From: a virus
Lineage: Duplodnaviria; Caudoviricetes
DNA length: 45,239 bases
Reading direction: 5' to 3' (one strand)
Virus record (IMG/VR): IMGVR_UViG_3300032373_000029
Span: 1 to 45,239 of that record
Shown piece by piece: positions 1 through 9,094 of the stretch; position 1 is the first letter of the stretch; each line of letters starts with the position of its first letter. The position numbers and the translations under genes were made by a program. The notes under the pieces are model-generated. The model made no database searches and was not told the DNA's origin. It saw only the letters and a program-made list of their open reading frames with translations.

Positions 1-37
1 TAGACGCCCGCATATCCACAAACGCCCAGGAGGACCC
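1..37 (-). other. Putative cos region (cosQ plus half of cosN)
   Basis: AGGACCC at 31-37 is GGGTCCT on the minus strand, identical to lambda cosQ. Joining the window ends gives the near-palindrome GCGGGCGTCTATAGGCCC at lambda-like spacing, immediately upstream of terS. Confidence 0.55.
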
Positions 38-177
38 AACAGGGGGCACCCCCTGGCAAGCAAGGCGATTGACGCGGACAGCGCACGCACAGACAACCAT
101 CGAGGGCCTAGCCCCCTACCCGCAGCCCCGGTCGGAGCGCTGAGCAAGGCTGCACGCTCACCCACAAGGAGGCCCTC

Positions 178-510
178 ATGGCAGGCCCAACACTCGAGCG
201 GCTCTACTCAGGCTTCAACCTGTCCGCGACCCCGGACGGCAACGAGGCCGCCAAGGTGACCCCCGACTCACACGGCACCTTGGTGATCAACTTCACCAAG
301 AGCGGGGCCGCCACCGTCGAGGTCTTCGAGACCGACGCTGACGACCTCAACGGGCAGGTTCACACGCTCAACGGAGGCACGGCCCCCACAGCAGGAGCCA
401 ACTACTCCTTCGAGATCCCCTGTATCGAGAACTACAGCTACGCGATCCGCCCTGACGGCGCGGCTGCCACGTTCAGCCGCCTCACGATTGACCTCGAGGT
501 GACGCGGTGA
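178..510 (+). CDS. Beta-rich hypothetical protein, possibly virion-associated (110 aa)
   Basis: Strong SD AAGGAGG at 166-172, GC3-rich codons, GTGA overlap with the next gene. Confidence 0.7.
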   Translation: MAGPTLERLYSGFNLSATPDGNEAAKVTPDSHGTLVINFTKSGAATVEVFETDADDLNGQVHTLNGGTAPTAGANYSFEIPCIENYSYAIRPDGAAATFSRLTIDLEVTR

Positions 511-974
511 GGTATCCGCCACAGGGCTCCCCTCCCGCCACGCTGACCAAGCGTCCGCGCGCCAAATACACCGCCTCCTCGCAGGCAATCTCCGTGGGCA
601 CGCCCGTGATCCTCGAGTGCGCGACCCAGGTCGAGAACACGCTGACCGGCGGCACGATCACGACCACGAGCTCGCAGTGGAAATACACCGCGAACAAGGA
701 TATCTCGCTCCTGGTGCACGTCTTCATTGGCCTCGACGGGACCTACAGCTTCGGCGCGAACACGCTGCTTCGTGTCCACGCCTATATCGACGCCGTGGCG
801 CAGACGCCTTGGCTTGCGGTCAAGCAGGTCAGCGCTGCTGGCACGCTGAACATGCGTTTTGCAGGAACGCAGGAGATCTATCTCGCGTCCGGAGAGGCGC
901 TCGACATTCGCGGCCAGTTCCCTGCTGCTGCCCTGAACTGGGACAGCACGATCATTGTGACCGAGCTGAACTAG
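507..974 (+). CDS. C1q/TNF-like beta-sandwich protein, possible fibre or receptor-binding domain (155 aa)
   Basis: Alternating beta-strand pattern; YTAN..., EIYLASGEALDIRG and a terminal IIVTEL strand resemble phage C1q-like domains. Confidence 0.5.
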   Translation: MRYPPQGSPPATLTKRPRAKYTASSQAISVGTPVILECATQVENTLTGGTITTTSSQWKYTANKDISLLVHVFIGLDGTYSFGANTLLRVHAYIDAVAQTPWLAVKQVSAAGTLNMRFAGTQEIYLASGEALDIRGQFPAAALNWDSTIIVTELN

Positions 975-1054
975 GCCTAGAGCTCACTCTCCCCCTGCTG
1001 CCCAGGGTCAGGCGGACGCGCTTGGTCCTGGGCGGCGGTCTGTACGGGCTGCGG

Positions 1055-1405
1055 CTACTTCTTGGGCAGGAAGCGCGAGCGTGCCGCTGCCCAGTCGCCA
1101 GCCACCTCCACGTAGACGTAGTGCCCCGAGAGGTGGACGACGTTTCCCGTGTCGTCGGTGAAGTAGATCCCGTCGCTGCTGGTCTCGTTGCCGACGCTCT
1201 TGCCGTGCAGCTCCCAGGACGAGATCACGCTTCCGCTCTGCGTGTATTGCACGACGAGCCAGTCAGACCCGTAGGCCTTGGCGCTCCAGCCCCTGAGGGC
1301 TCGCGAGGCGCCAGCGGGCCCCACGACAGCGGCAAGGCAGGCGAGGCAGACCACAATGCAGGCCAGCCAGATCTTGCCCTCGGTCCAGAATTCAGTCTTG
1401 CTCAT
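1055..1405 (-). CDS. Membrane-anchored hypothetical protein (116 aa)
   Basis: N-terminal hydrophobic helix IWLACIVVCLACLAAVV; SD AAAGGA upstream; last gene of the early operon. Confidence 0.7.
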   Translation of the reverse strand: MSKTEFWTEGKIWLACIVVCLACLAAVVGPAGASRALRGWSAKAYGSDWLVVQYTQSGSVISSWELHGKSVGNETSSDGIYFTDDTGNVVHLSGHYVYVEVAGDWAAARSRFLPKK

Positions 1406-1559
1406 GGGTGGATCCTTTCGTGTTGGTCGCCTCCTCCACAGCCGCCAGGCACTCCCTGCACAAGGCGATTCGGTGCCCGTCGCGGCCCGTGGCCTCGAGG
1501 GGGTGCCGGTGGGGCAGGGGCGGCTTCATGCAGCCCGAGCAGGAGCGGGGCGGGGTCAT
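1392..1559 (-). CDS. Small zinc-finger protein (55 aa; not in ORF track)
   Basis: Hand translation MTPPRSCSGCMKPP...ALCRECLAA... has two CxxC motifs; ATGA overlap with the upstream ORF. Confidence 0.55.
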   Translation of the reverse strand: MTPPRSCSGCMKPPLPHRHPLEATGRDGHRIALCRECLAAVEEATNTKGSTHEQD

Positions 1560-1822
1560 GCGACCGGGTCTCCGCCAGGGAGGCTGCTAGGCGTGGTGCG
1601 CCTGGCCACTGTGGTCTTGACTGGCTTCTCGAAGTGCCACTCGCAGTAGGCCCCTATCAAAGGAAGGCTGTATCTGTCCCAGCCCAAGAGGTGGCAGAGC
1701 ACATACCACAGGAGCCTTGCCTGGCCGAGTTTTCGGCCGCACCAGCCCATGGGGTTAGCCCGGACCCTCCTCTTCCAGATCCTGTGCATGCGGTAGGCAC
1801 GGCCTGGGTCTTGATCGCTCAC
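1556..1822 (-). CDS. Hypothetical protein (88 aa)
   Basis: Fills the operon slot with 4-nt overlaps at both ends. Confidence 0.5.
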   Translation of the reverse strand: MSDQDPGRAYRMHRIWKRRVRANPMGWCGRKLGQARLLWYVLCHLLGWDRYSLPLIGAYCEWHFEKPVKTTVARRTTPSSLPGGDPVA

Positions 1823-2097
1823 GAACCCTCCTCAACACGCCGAAATCCCATGACGCACCAACCCTGCTCGATCCCGAAGTGGCCGCCATTGAGGACGTAG
1901 GTCACCTGCACCAATAAATCCCGCCCGGTGTAGCGCTCGCCTGGGGGGAGCGAGTCTTCCTCGGGGTCGTATTCGCGCAGCAGGAGTGCGTCGCCCTCCT
2001 TGAACCCGCGATCGTCTTTGCGCGCCTCAAAGGTCTTCAGGCCTTGCTGAATGGCACGGAAGTAGACGGGCCACGTCCTGAGCTCGTGAGTCTTCAC
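1819..2097 (-). CDS. ASCH/PUA-like (DUF3850) protein
   Basis: HELRTWPVYFRAIQQGLKTFEARKDDRGFKEGDALLLREYD is the characteristic DUF3850 signature. Confidence 0.9.
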   Translation of the reverse strand: MKTHELRTWPVYFRAIQQGLKTFEARKDDRGFKEGDALLLREYDPEEDSLPPGERYTGRDLLVQVTYVLNGGHFGIEQGWCVMGFRRVEEGS

Positions 2098-2240
2098 GCG
2101 TCCTCCGCCCGCTGCTCTTCTCGCAGCACCACAGCCACCCAGAGCGTCACGAAGAGGCCCACGACGACGACGCCGCCCAGCTCGGGAGCCTGGGCGCTGA
2201 GGATCGCCAGGAGCTCTTGCCAGGTTGCCTCGCGGGTCAT
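2094..2240 (-). CDS. Small membrane protein (48 aa)
   Basis: One transmembrane helix (GGVVVVGLFVTLWVAVVL); overlaps both neighbours. Confidence 0.55.
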   Translation of the reverse strand: MTREATWQELLAILSAQAPELGGVVVVGLFVTLWVAVVLREEQRAEDA

Positions 2241-2758
2241 GCGGAGAACTCGCGTCGTCGCCTCGCCAAGGCCGCGCGCCAAGTGGCGGCTGTGGGCGGG
2301 AAGACGCTGGGCTCGATCACCAGGAGCAGCGTGGAGCCGGGGTAGTAGAAGCTCTGCTCGGCTGGGTAGGCCTTGACGCTGACCCAGGCGCCGAACCGCT
2401 CTAGGCCGCGGATCTTGGCGGGGTCGTCGAGAGTGAGCGTCTCCAGCTTGCCCACGTTGCAGGGGTAGGGCTGCGCCGTCATGACGCGGGAGCCGTCCGC
2501 GCGCTCGAAGAAATCGACGTGATCAAGCACACCACCGCCGCCGCGACAGGTGTGCCAGGGCAGCTTGGGCCGGCGGCTGCAGCCCGTGTTGCGATACCAA
2601 AGGGCGGAGGCGCAGCGGGGGTCTCGCGGGCGGGTCAGGCGCTCGCGAGAGCAGAACTCCTCGAAGAGCTCGCGGCTCCATTCGTAGCTCTGGTCGGCGA
2701 CGCGCTGGGCGATCCAGCGCGAGAGCGAGGGCGTCAGCTTTGCTTTTCTTCTGTTCAT
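2237..2758 (-). CDS. Hypothetical protein (173 aa)
   Basis: Start re-called at MNRRKAK; DH...AQPY...SFYYPGST motifs of a type seen in phage hypothetical proteins. Confidence 0.65.
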   Translation of the reverse strand: MNRRKAKLTPSLSRWIAQRVADQSYEWSRELFEEFCSRERLTRPRDPRCASALWYRNTGCSRRPKLPWHTCRGGGGVLDHVDFFERADGSRVMTAQPYPCNVGKLETLTLDDPAKIRGLERFGAWVSVKAYPAEQSFYYPGSTLLLVIEPSVFPPTAATWRAALARRRREFSA

Positions 2759-2809
2759 AATCTTCTCTTTCAGGCGGAGGTGGTCACCGGTGACCACCCG
2801 GTTTGGATT

Positions 2810-3031
2810 CTCGTCACCACTTAAGTCCTTTGTCAGCAAGGCCTGGTGACGAGAATGACGAAATGACGGGGGTTCCACCCCTCCGCCCATAGGGAAAGTG
2901 TGTTGGGGTTTCCTTTTGGCCAGTGCAGAGGGGGGAACTCCTCGTCATTTCGTCACCTCGTCACCGAAACACTGGAATCAAAGGGTTTACGAGGTGACGA
3001 GATCGGCAAACCGGTGACGAGGCGTGACGAG
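2810..3031. repeat. Iteron cluster, probable replication origin
   Basis: Ten TGACG-core units (consensus GGTGACGAG) in both orientations, including a long imperfect inverted repeat (about 2845-2883 / 2928-2965), directly downstream of the primase-helicase. Confidence 0.7.
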
Positions 3032-3032
3032 A

Positions 3033-5927
3033 TCACCGCTCGGTCTGCTCGGTCACCCGTTGCACCCGCCACTCGACACCCGTCTTGGTCTTCCTCCCGC
3101 GCTCGAGCCGCATGCCGTCGGCCTCGTTGTCCACGAACTTGCGCAGCACGAACGAGATCGTTCTGGGCGAGAGGTCCCCGCGGTAGCCCTTCGGCTGCAG
3201 CCCGATCAGCGCGTCCCGCAGCTCCTCTCGGGGCGTCGAAGCGAGATCGCGAGTGCTGACCCAGCGTTCGCCCATGGCGTCGATCCAGGCGTGGAGGAGG
3301 ACGCGCAGGTCCTCGTGAGCCAGGTCGGCGTCCCTGAGCTCCTCCTGGCGAGCGATCGGGTCGGGCATGCCGAGCCAGACGAGGGCGTTGCGGACGAGGG
3401 CGCTCCAGGCTTCGAAGCTGCCCAGGGCCTGCAGGTCGGCCTGCGGGTAGCCCGAGGCGATCTGCCACCTCAGGATCGTCAGGGCCGCCGTGAGCAGCCG
3501 CGGCCGGTCGTGCTCGAGGTAGTGCTTGAGCGAGGGGTGCCTGAAGCGAGTCCGCCTGTAGGGGCTCCCGTTGGGCCAGCCGATATGCACGGGCACGCAG
3601 CGCCGCACCATGTCCCCGCGGATCGCGACGTTGTTGCCCGTGGCGACGATCAGCGGCACGCGGGTGCGCACGGTGCGGGAGACCCCCAGGACCCGGGCTC
3701 GACGCACGCCAGCGGTCACGGCGGCGTCGAGGGTCGCGCTCCCGAAGGCCGTGTTGACGTTGTCGATCAGGATCAGGCGCTCGCCCTCCATGGACTGCGA
3801 GGTGAGGTTCTTCTGGAACTCCTCCTCGCTCGCGCTGGGCTCCATGGGCACGATCCACTGGCCCAGGGCCACGAAGGCGCAGCTGCGAGCGAGGAGGGTC
3901 TTGCCCGTGCCCGACTTGGCGGCGTCTACGAACCAGAGCGGCACGGGGCCCGGGATCGCTGGCCGCGCGATCAGGGTCAGCAGGAAGGCGAGGGCCGCGC
4001 TCTCGTCGGCCTCCTCCATGAAGGGGAAGTCGCTGAGCAGCTCGAGGCGCAGGAGGGCGAGCGCGTCCTCGGCCTGCTGCTTGGTGGGCTCTCGCGGGAC
4101 GGCAGGCCACTCCTCCCGCCACGAGATCAGGTAGCCCGAGGCCGCGTCGTAGCCGGGGCTGTCCGCAACCGTGCCGTCGGGCCGGAGCACAGGGCAGTCG
4201 CTGAGGCCTCTGAGCCGGCGCACGTGGTGGTAGACGCCCTTCACGTGCAGAGCTGAGACCACCTCGCGGGGCGGCATGCACGGCGCGAGGCCGTCCTTCG
4301 TCTGCCTGTTCCACTCGGCTGCCCTGGTCATGTGAGACGGCAGGGCCCCGTAGGGGATCGGCTCGATCACGTCCTCTGGCATGCCCTCGATCGACTCGTC
4401 GCGGCGAACCCTGACCAGCAAGCCGTTCTTGGCGTAGACGTCTTGGCAGCACTTGGCGAGCGCCTTCTCGGACTCCTCGACCATTTCGTGAACCCTGCCG
4501 CTGACCTCGATAAATGTGCGCCCCTGGGCCTTCTTCTGCTCCACGGCCAACTTGCGAGCTCGCCGCTTGGCCTCCTTCTCGACGGAGGCGATCTGCACGC
4601 CGGGCACGGCCTTGAGTGCCGCGCGCGCGACGGCCCAGGCCTCTGGGCTCTCCTGCTTGACGAACTCGATCGCCTCTAAAGCGGCCGCGCTCATGGCGAC
4701 GCCGGGGCCTTCCTCTCCCCGCGCCCGCGCCGCGAGCCCCTCGACAAGCTCGCGCGCGGCGCGGGAGGCCTCGGGAAGCGGCTTGTCGGCGTGCTCGGCG
4801 TCCCAGTGCCCTCGGAAGTGCGCCCAGGCGATCCCTGCGGAGGTGCAGCGCTCGTGGTGGCAGCGGTAGAAGAAGGCGCCCTTGGCGGTCACGCCGACGA
4901 CTTGCGCCCCGTCCGTCTCGCCGCAGGGCCCCGGGCAGGGCGCGCGGGGGATCCACTTCCAGCCGCCACCCATGGGCCGAGGGCCGGTGGCCTCGACGTG
5001 CCAGGCCTGCAGCCACTCGGCGAGCTGAGCCTTGGAGCGCGCGACCTTGGCGGCGTCGGCCTTGGTGCTGGCGGGCGTCGGCTTCTTGGCGGTTTGCGGG
5101 CTTGAAGTCTCGGTGGGCGATCCCCACTCGGCGACAGCGCGCTCGAGCGCCTCCCGCGGGACGACCTCCACGAAGTCGGGCACGTTCACGAGGCGCGAGA
5201 GCCGGTGCGGGCGCCCCGCCTCCGGGCAATGGTCCCCCTTGTTGGCGACGGTGCCGAAGAGCTTGGTGATCCGCGAAGCGTTGAACACGCCGGTGTCGAC
5301 CTTGACCTGCGCCGTGCTGAAGCGCGCGCTGAGCGCCTCAAGCACGGCCTTCACAAGGGCGAGCGCCTCGGCGTCGTTCGGAAGGTCGATCCGCCAGAGC
5401 CCGTGCCAGCCGTTCCCCGAGATCCCGGTCACGGGCAGGGGCCACCCACGCTCCTCGACGAGGGCGACGAGGAGTTCCTCCACCAGGGCCTCCGCGAGGG
5501 CGAGCTCCTCGTCGGTGGCGCTGACTCCCGTCGGCCGGTTCGGGTCGAGGTCCACCAGCAGCCAGCGGCGACAGGCCACCTCCGCGTCCTTCGTGAGCAG
5601 CGAGCGCTTGCCCTGCTTCTGGACGCGGTTCACGGCGCGGGAGAGCAGCGCGGGCTCGGGCGGATTCAGGGTCACGTAGACCGCGGCGCCCGCGCGGCTC
5701 AGCTTCACGGCCTCGTTGGTCAGCTTGTCAGCGTCTGAGAAGAAGCCCCCGAAGTCGGCCTTGTAGCCGCGGCCCCCGAAGTCGGCGCCGAGCGCGCGCA
5801 GCTCGACGACGTTGGAGGTGGAGAGCGGGCCGCACAGCACGTCGACTGCGCGGCGGATCTCGACTGCGCTGGGGCGCGGCGGGCGCTGTGGGTTGGCGGG
5901 AGCTGCCGCCGGCGCGGGCGCGGTCAC
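3033..5927 (-). CDS. Primase-helicase (AEP/prim-pol N-terminus, SF3-like P-loop C-terminus; about 964 aa)
   Basis: VYVTLNP, LVDLD and SGNGWH primase motifs; Cys/His zinc segment; Walker A AAKSGTGKT and ILIDN Walker B. Start re-called to the GTG overlapping the upstream stop. Confidence 0.85.
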   Translation of the reverse strand: MTAPAPAAAPANPQRPPRPSAVEIRRAVDVLCGPLSTSNVVELRALGADFGGRGYKADFGGFFSDADKLTNEAVKLSRAGAAVYVTLNPPEPALLSRAVNRVQKQGKRSLLTKDAEVACRRWLLVDLDPNRPTGVSATDEELALAEALVEELLVALVEERGWPLPVTGISGNGWHGLWRIDLPNDAEALALVKAVLEALSARFSTAQVKVDTGVFNASRITKLFGTVANKGDHCPEAGRPHRLSRLVNVPDFVEVVPREALERAVAEWGSPTETSSPQTAKKPTPASTKADAAKVARSKAQLAEWLQAWHVEATGPRPMGGGWKWIPRAPCPGPCGETDGAQVVGVTAKGAFFYRCHHERCTSAGIAWAHFRGHWDAEHADKPLPEASRAARELVEGLAARARGEEGPGVAMSAAALEAIEFVKQESPEAWAVARAALKAVPGVQIASVEKEAKRRARKLAVEQKKAQGRTFIEVSGRVHEMVEESEKALAKCCQDVYAKNGLLVRVRRDESIEGMPEDVIEPIPYGALPSHMTRAAEWNRQTKDGLAPCMPPREVVSALHVKGVYHHVRRLRGLSDCPVLRPDGTVADSPGYDAASGYLISWREEWPAVPREPTKQQAEDALALLRLELLSDFPFMEEADESAALAFLLTLIARPAIPGPVPLWFVDAAKSGTGKTLLARSCAFVALGQWIVPMEPSASEEEFQKNLTSQSMEGERLILIDNVNTAFGSATLDAAVTAGVRRARVLGVSRTVRTRVPLIVATGNNVAIRGDMVRRCVPVHIGWPNGSPYRRTRFRHPSLKHYLEHDRPRLLTAALTILRWQIASGYPQADLQALGSFEAWSALVRNALVWLGMPDPIARQEELRDADLAHEDLRVLLHAWIDAMGERWVSTRDLASTPREELRDALIGLQPKGYRGDLSPRTISFVLRKFVDNEADGMRLERGRKTKTGVEWRVQRVTEQTER

Positions 5928-6382
5928 TTGGCCCGCTCCCCGATCTCGTCCATGGCCCACGCCAGTACACACAGGGCGTCGGCGTGGTTGTCGTCCTGGA
6001 CTTCGACCCCCCAGCGCTTGGCCGCAGCCGCGACCATGGCCGGCTTGCCGGCACCGCCGTTCCCCGTCGCGTGCTTCTTGAGGGTGCCGACCGCGACACC
6101 GACGTTCTCGATCCCCCGCGCTGCGCACTCGGTGCGGATCAGCGCCTCCATGTCGATCGCGAGCTTGTTGGCGCGCGGGCCGACGATCGAGAGCTCGTGC
6201 GCGATCACGTCGGCACCGAACTCGTCGCAGACCCGCCGCAGCCAGCCGCGGAAGCGCAGGAGCCGCATTCCCAGCGAGTCGCCTCGCGAGCTGGGGAAGG
6301 ACTGCACGCCAGAGGCCACCAGCGAGCCCTCCCAGGCCGCCCAGCCGGTCTTGGTGGCCAAGTCGAGTGCCAGGATCCTCAC
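5924..6382 (-). CDS. ruvC: RuvC-like Holliday junction resolvase
   Basis: ILALDLATKTGWA, AHE, KKHATGNGGAGK and DDNHADAL catalytic pattern. Confidence 0.85.
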   Translation of the reverse strand: MRILALDLATKTGWAAWEGSLVASGVQSFPSSRGDSLGMRLLRFRGWLRRVCDEFGADVIAHELSIVGPRANKLAIDMEALIRTECAARGIENVGVAVGTLKKHATGNGGAGKPAMVAAAAKRWGVEVQDDNHADALCVLAWAMDEIGERAK

Positions 6383-6840
6383 GCTGCCTCCGCGAAGAAG
6401 GCCTCAAGGCCCTCGGTTGTCCACTGCGGCCCCTCGGCCTCGATCTGGTCCACCTCGTCAGCTGGGAGCTGCCTGGCACGCGCCAGCACGTCCTCGGCCC
6501 AGGCCAGCGCCAGGGGCAGGAGGCGGAACTCCAGCACCTCGTGCAGCTCGCCAGAGCGGATCGCGAGCCTCAGCTCCTTCCGCTCCTCGTAGAGGGGCCC
6601 GCCTGCTTCTCTGGATCGATCTCGCAGGCGCTTCTTGATCCGAAGCCAGCGGCGCGCGGCGGTGTCCATGAGCGTCTCGCCGATATTCCGGTCGCACCAC
6701 TCGCGCCTGGTCACCCACTCGCGCCCAAACTGGTGATCGAACTCCAGAACCTCGGTGGCCAGGTCGCGGTCGCACTTCGCCGCACCGTTGCGCGCGCGGG
6801 CGCTGCTGAGCCACCGCGGCCGGTCGTAGACCTCGCTCAC
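6379..6840 (-). CDS. Hypothetical protein (153 aa)
   Basis: Start re-called to GTG at 6840; GTGA overlaps on both sides. Confidence 0.65.
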   Translation of the reverse strand: MSEVYDRPRWLSSARARNGAAKCDRDLATEVLEFDHQFGREWVTRREWCDRNIGETLMDTAARRWLRIKKRLRDRSREAGGPLYEERKELRLAIRSGELHEVLEFRLLPLALAWAEDVLARARQLPADEVDQIEAEGPQWTTEGLEAFFAEAA

Positions 6841-8057
6841 GCGACCTCCCTTGCGAGGTTCCTGGCCAGCCAGGTCTCGCGCTTGGCGTCCTGCACGTTG
6901 CGCACAGCCTTGGCGACGGCGGAGCGCGTGCCGACGACCCAGACCCGCTTGGCGGCGCGCGTGGTGGCCACATAGAGCAGGCGGCGGGTGTTCATGCGCG
7001 TGTGGCTCCGGTGGCAAACGACGATCACGTCGTCCCACTGGGAGCCCTGGCTCTTGTGGACGCTCAGGCACCAGGCGGGCTTGAGCATTCGGATCGCAGA
7101 TCCCTTGTAGAGCTTGACCCCGCCGGCGATCTCCACCCGGAGCTCGTCCAGGCGGCGGGCGCGCTTGCCCTTGGCCGAAGGGTCAATCACCTCGCCCGGG
7201 GTGGCCTCCCTGACGAAGCCGATCTCTCCGTTGAAGACGCCCAGGTCGTAGTCGTTCTCCGTATGCAGGACCTTGGTCCCGCTGCGGAAGGAGCCCCGGA
7301 CCACAGGCGCGGGCGCGAGCTCGGGCTGGCTGAAGGCCTTGACCCGCTGCTCCTCCATGTAGCGGTTGATCTCCTCCACGCCGCAAGCCGTGTTGCGCTG
7401 GGGCGCGAGCACCTGGCTCTCGGTGATCGAGAGACCCTCCTTGCAGACGAGGTCCCAGATCGCGGCCGGAACGTGCTGAGCCTCCGGCGTCTCCACGAGC
7501 TGGAAGTCCACCTCATTGAAGCTCGGCTCGATCCCGCGCACGATCTCGTGAGCCGCGCGCACGATCCCCGACTCCTCAGCCTGCCGGTGGATCTTCGTGA
7601 GCCGCACCGTGGGGCAGACCTTGCTCGTGAGCAGGTTCTGGAAGGGACAGCCAGGGCCCACGGGAGGGAGCTGATCAGCGTCCCCCACGAGCAGCACCGT
7701 CTGAACGCCCCCTCGCTTGGCGGCGCGCATGGCCTGTGCGAGCAGGGAGGACGTGATCATTGAAGACTCATCGACCACCAGCACGTCAGCCCGAATCGGC
7801 TCGGGACCAAGGGCTCCCGGGTGCAGCTTCATGAGCCGGTGTAGGGTCTTGGCCTCCTTGCCGGTGGCCTCCTCCATGCGCTGCGCGGCCTTGCCTGAGG
7901 GCGCCGCGAGCGCGACACGCTTGCCTTGGAGCCGGCTCAGCAGGGCCTTGAGCGTGGCGCTCTTGCCGGTGCCGGGGCCGCCGGTCCAGCAGCAAAGCGG
8001 TGGCATGTGGTTAGCCACCAAGGAGACCGCGGCCTCTTGTTCTTCTGTGAGGATCAT
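6837..8057 (-). CDS. RecD2-like SF1B helicase, motor (C-terminal) half (406 aa)
   Basis: LTEEQ, GGPGTGKS, APSGKAA, TLHRL, VVDESSM, LVGDADQLPPVGPG, IHRQ, SVHKSQGSQW and LYVATTRA motifs. Confidence 0.9.
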   Translation of the reverse strand: MILTEEQEAAVSLVANHMPPLCCWTGGPGTGKSATLKALLSRLQGKRVALAAPSGKAAQRMEEATGKEAKTLHRLMKLHPGALGPEPIRADVLVVDESSMITSSLLAQAMRAAKRGGVQTVLLVGDADQLPPVGPGCPFQNLLTSKVCPTVRLTKIHRQAEESGIVRAAHEIVRGIEPSFNEVDFQLVETPEAQHVPAAIWDLVCKEGLSITESQVLAPQRNTACGVEEINRYMEEQRVKAFSQPELAPAPVVRGSFRSGTKVLHTENDYDLGVFNGEIGFVREATPGEVIDPSAKGKRARRLDELRVEIAGGVKLYKGSAIRMLKPAWCLSVHKSQGSQWDDVIVVCHRSHTRMNTRRLLYVATTRAAKRVWVVGTRSAVAKAVRNVQDAKRETWLARNLAREVA

Positions 8058-9094
8058 GAGGGCACCCCGTTGTGCTCTGCTCCGTCGAGGAGGCGGCCGG
8101 CCTTCTTCTTCCCGACCTCCGCCATGTAGGCCCAGCCAGGCCAGCCTTTGAGGCCGTCGTGGGCCAGGCCGTCCTCGCGAACCCACTTCCCGCCAGCAGT
8201 CCCCTCTGGAACTTCGACCCAGGCTCCCCACTGCTTGAACAAGAACGGCACGCCGGCCTCGTCGCACAGGTCCCGAAGCGAGCGAGCCCAGTCGGGGTGC
8301 ATGGGGCGGGCCTTGGGCCCTGACTCGCCGCCAGCGATCACCCAATGGACCAGCGGCGATCCGCAGCGGCGATCGTCCTTGCACGGCTCAACAGCACGAC
8401 CGACACAGCAAACCTCTCTGAGCGGCGGAAGCCGAAGGGTGCCCAGCAACGGCTCGCATGACAGGAAGCGCACCCGCGCCGGGATCTGAAGCAGGGCAGG
8501 AATGCGCTCGTCAGCGCGCTGCTGGTCCTCGACGCTGGTCCCGATCCAGACGTTGTTCGGCGCGTCACCAGCCAGCCACCGCTCAGACAATTGAGCCCCA
8601 GGAGCGTCCACGCCAGTTCGCGCGTCTGCCGCCTCACCCAGCCTCTCCCTCCAAAGCTCGGGTCGCTTCGTCAGCAGGAGCCAGTCGAGGTGCGGCGTCG
8701 CTTCGATCAGCGCCAGGAGGTCGGCCAGCCACTCGGCAGGAACCTCAGGGTCGAGCCAGTCCGCGAGCGAGGCACAGAACACGCGCGGCGGGGGCGGCGG
8801 GGGCTCGGTAGGCATTCCCCTGCACCCACAAGCATGGCCGTCGCAGCACTGAAGGTCAGGGTCAGACCCCCAGTCCTTGCGCGCCTTCTTGGCTGCTCGC
8901 TCCCAGGACAGCGGCTTCCTCCAGTTCGCCTCGCTCGTGCGCTTGCGAGGCGCACCTGGCCCCCACTGGCCCTGCTCGGGGAAGCGGTGCGAGCGCTTCT
9001 CGGCGTAGCAGTGCGCGCACCCGGGACTCACTTTCGTGCACCCGATCCACGGGTTGAACGTGTGATCCGTCCATTCGATCTTGCTGTTCCTCAC
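8054..9094 (-). CDS. DUF5131 / phage Gp37-Gp68 family protein (346 aa)
   Basis: SKIEWTDHTFNPWIGCTKVSPGCAHCYAE, LLLTKRP, RFLSCEPLLG, WVIAGGESG and FLFKQWG. Confidence 0.92.
   Translation of the reverse strand: MRNSKIEWTDHTFNPWIGCTKVSPGCAHCYAEKRSHRFPEQGQWGPGAPRKRTSEANWRKPLSWERAAKKARKDWGSDPDLQCCDGHACGCRGMPTEPPPPPPRVFCASLADWLDPEVPAEWLADLLALIEATPHLDWLLLTKRPELWRERLGEAADARTGVDAPGAQLSERWLAGDAPNNVWIGTSVEDQQRADERIPALLQIPARVRFLSCEPLLGTLRLPPLREVCCVGRAVEPCKDDRRCGSPLVHWVIAGGESGPKARPMHPDWARSLRDLCDEAGVPFLFKQWGAWVEVPEGTAGGKWVREDGLAHDGLKGWPGWAYMAEVGKKKAGRLLDGAEHNGVPS

Noticed and set aside
101-110. CGAGGGCCTA identical to the last 10 nt of the window, as a terminal repeat
   Set aside because: It is only 10 nt, is not at the left terminus, and the flanking sequence does not match.
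2953-5229. 758-aa alternative-frame ORF (likewise 42285-44123, 32081-33790, 35916-37373 and 617-1900)
   Set aside because: These are Arg/Pro/Gly-rich or antisense shadows of well-supported genes, as expected in high-GC DNA.
8054-9094. DUF5131 as an intron- or intein-borne insert in recD2
   Set aside because: All three ORFs have their own starts and stops with 4-nt overlaps, leaving no room for intron structure, and there are no intein motifs.
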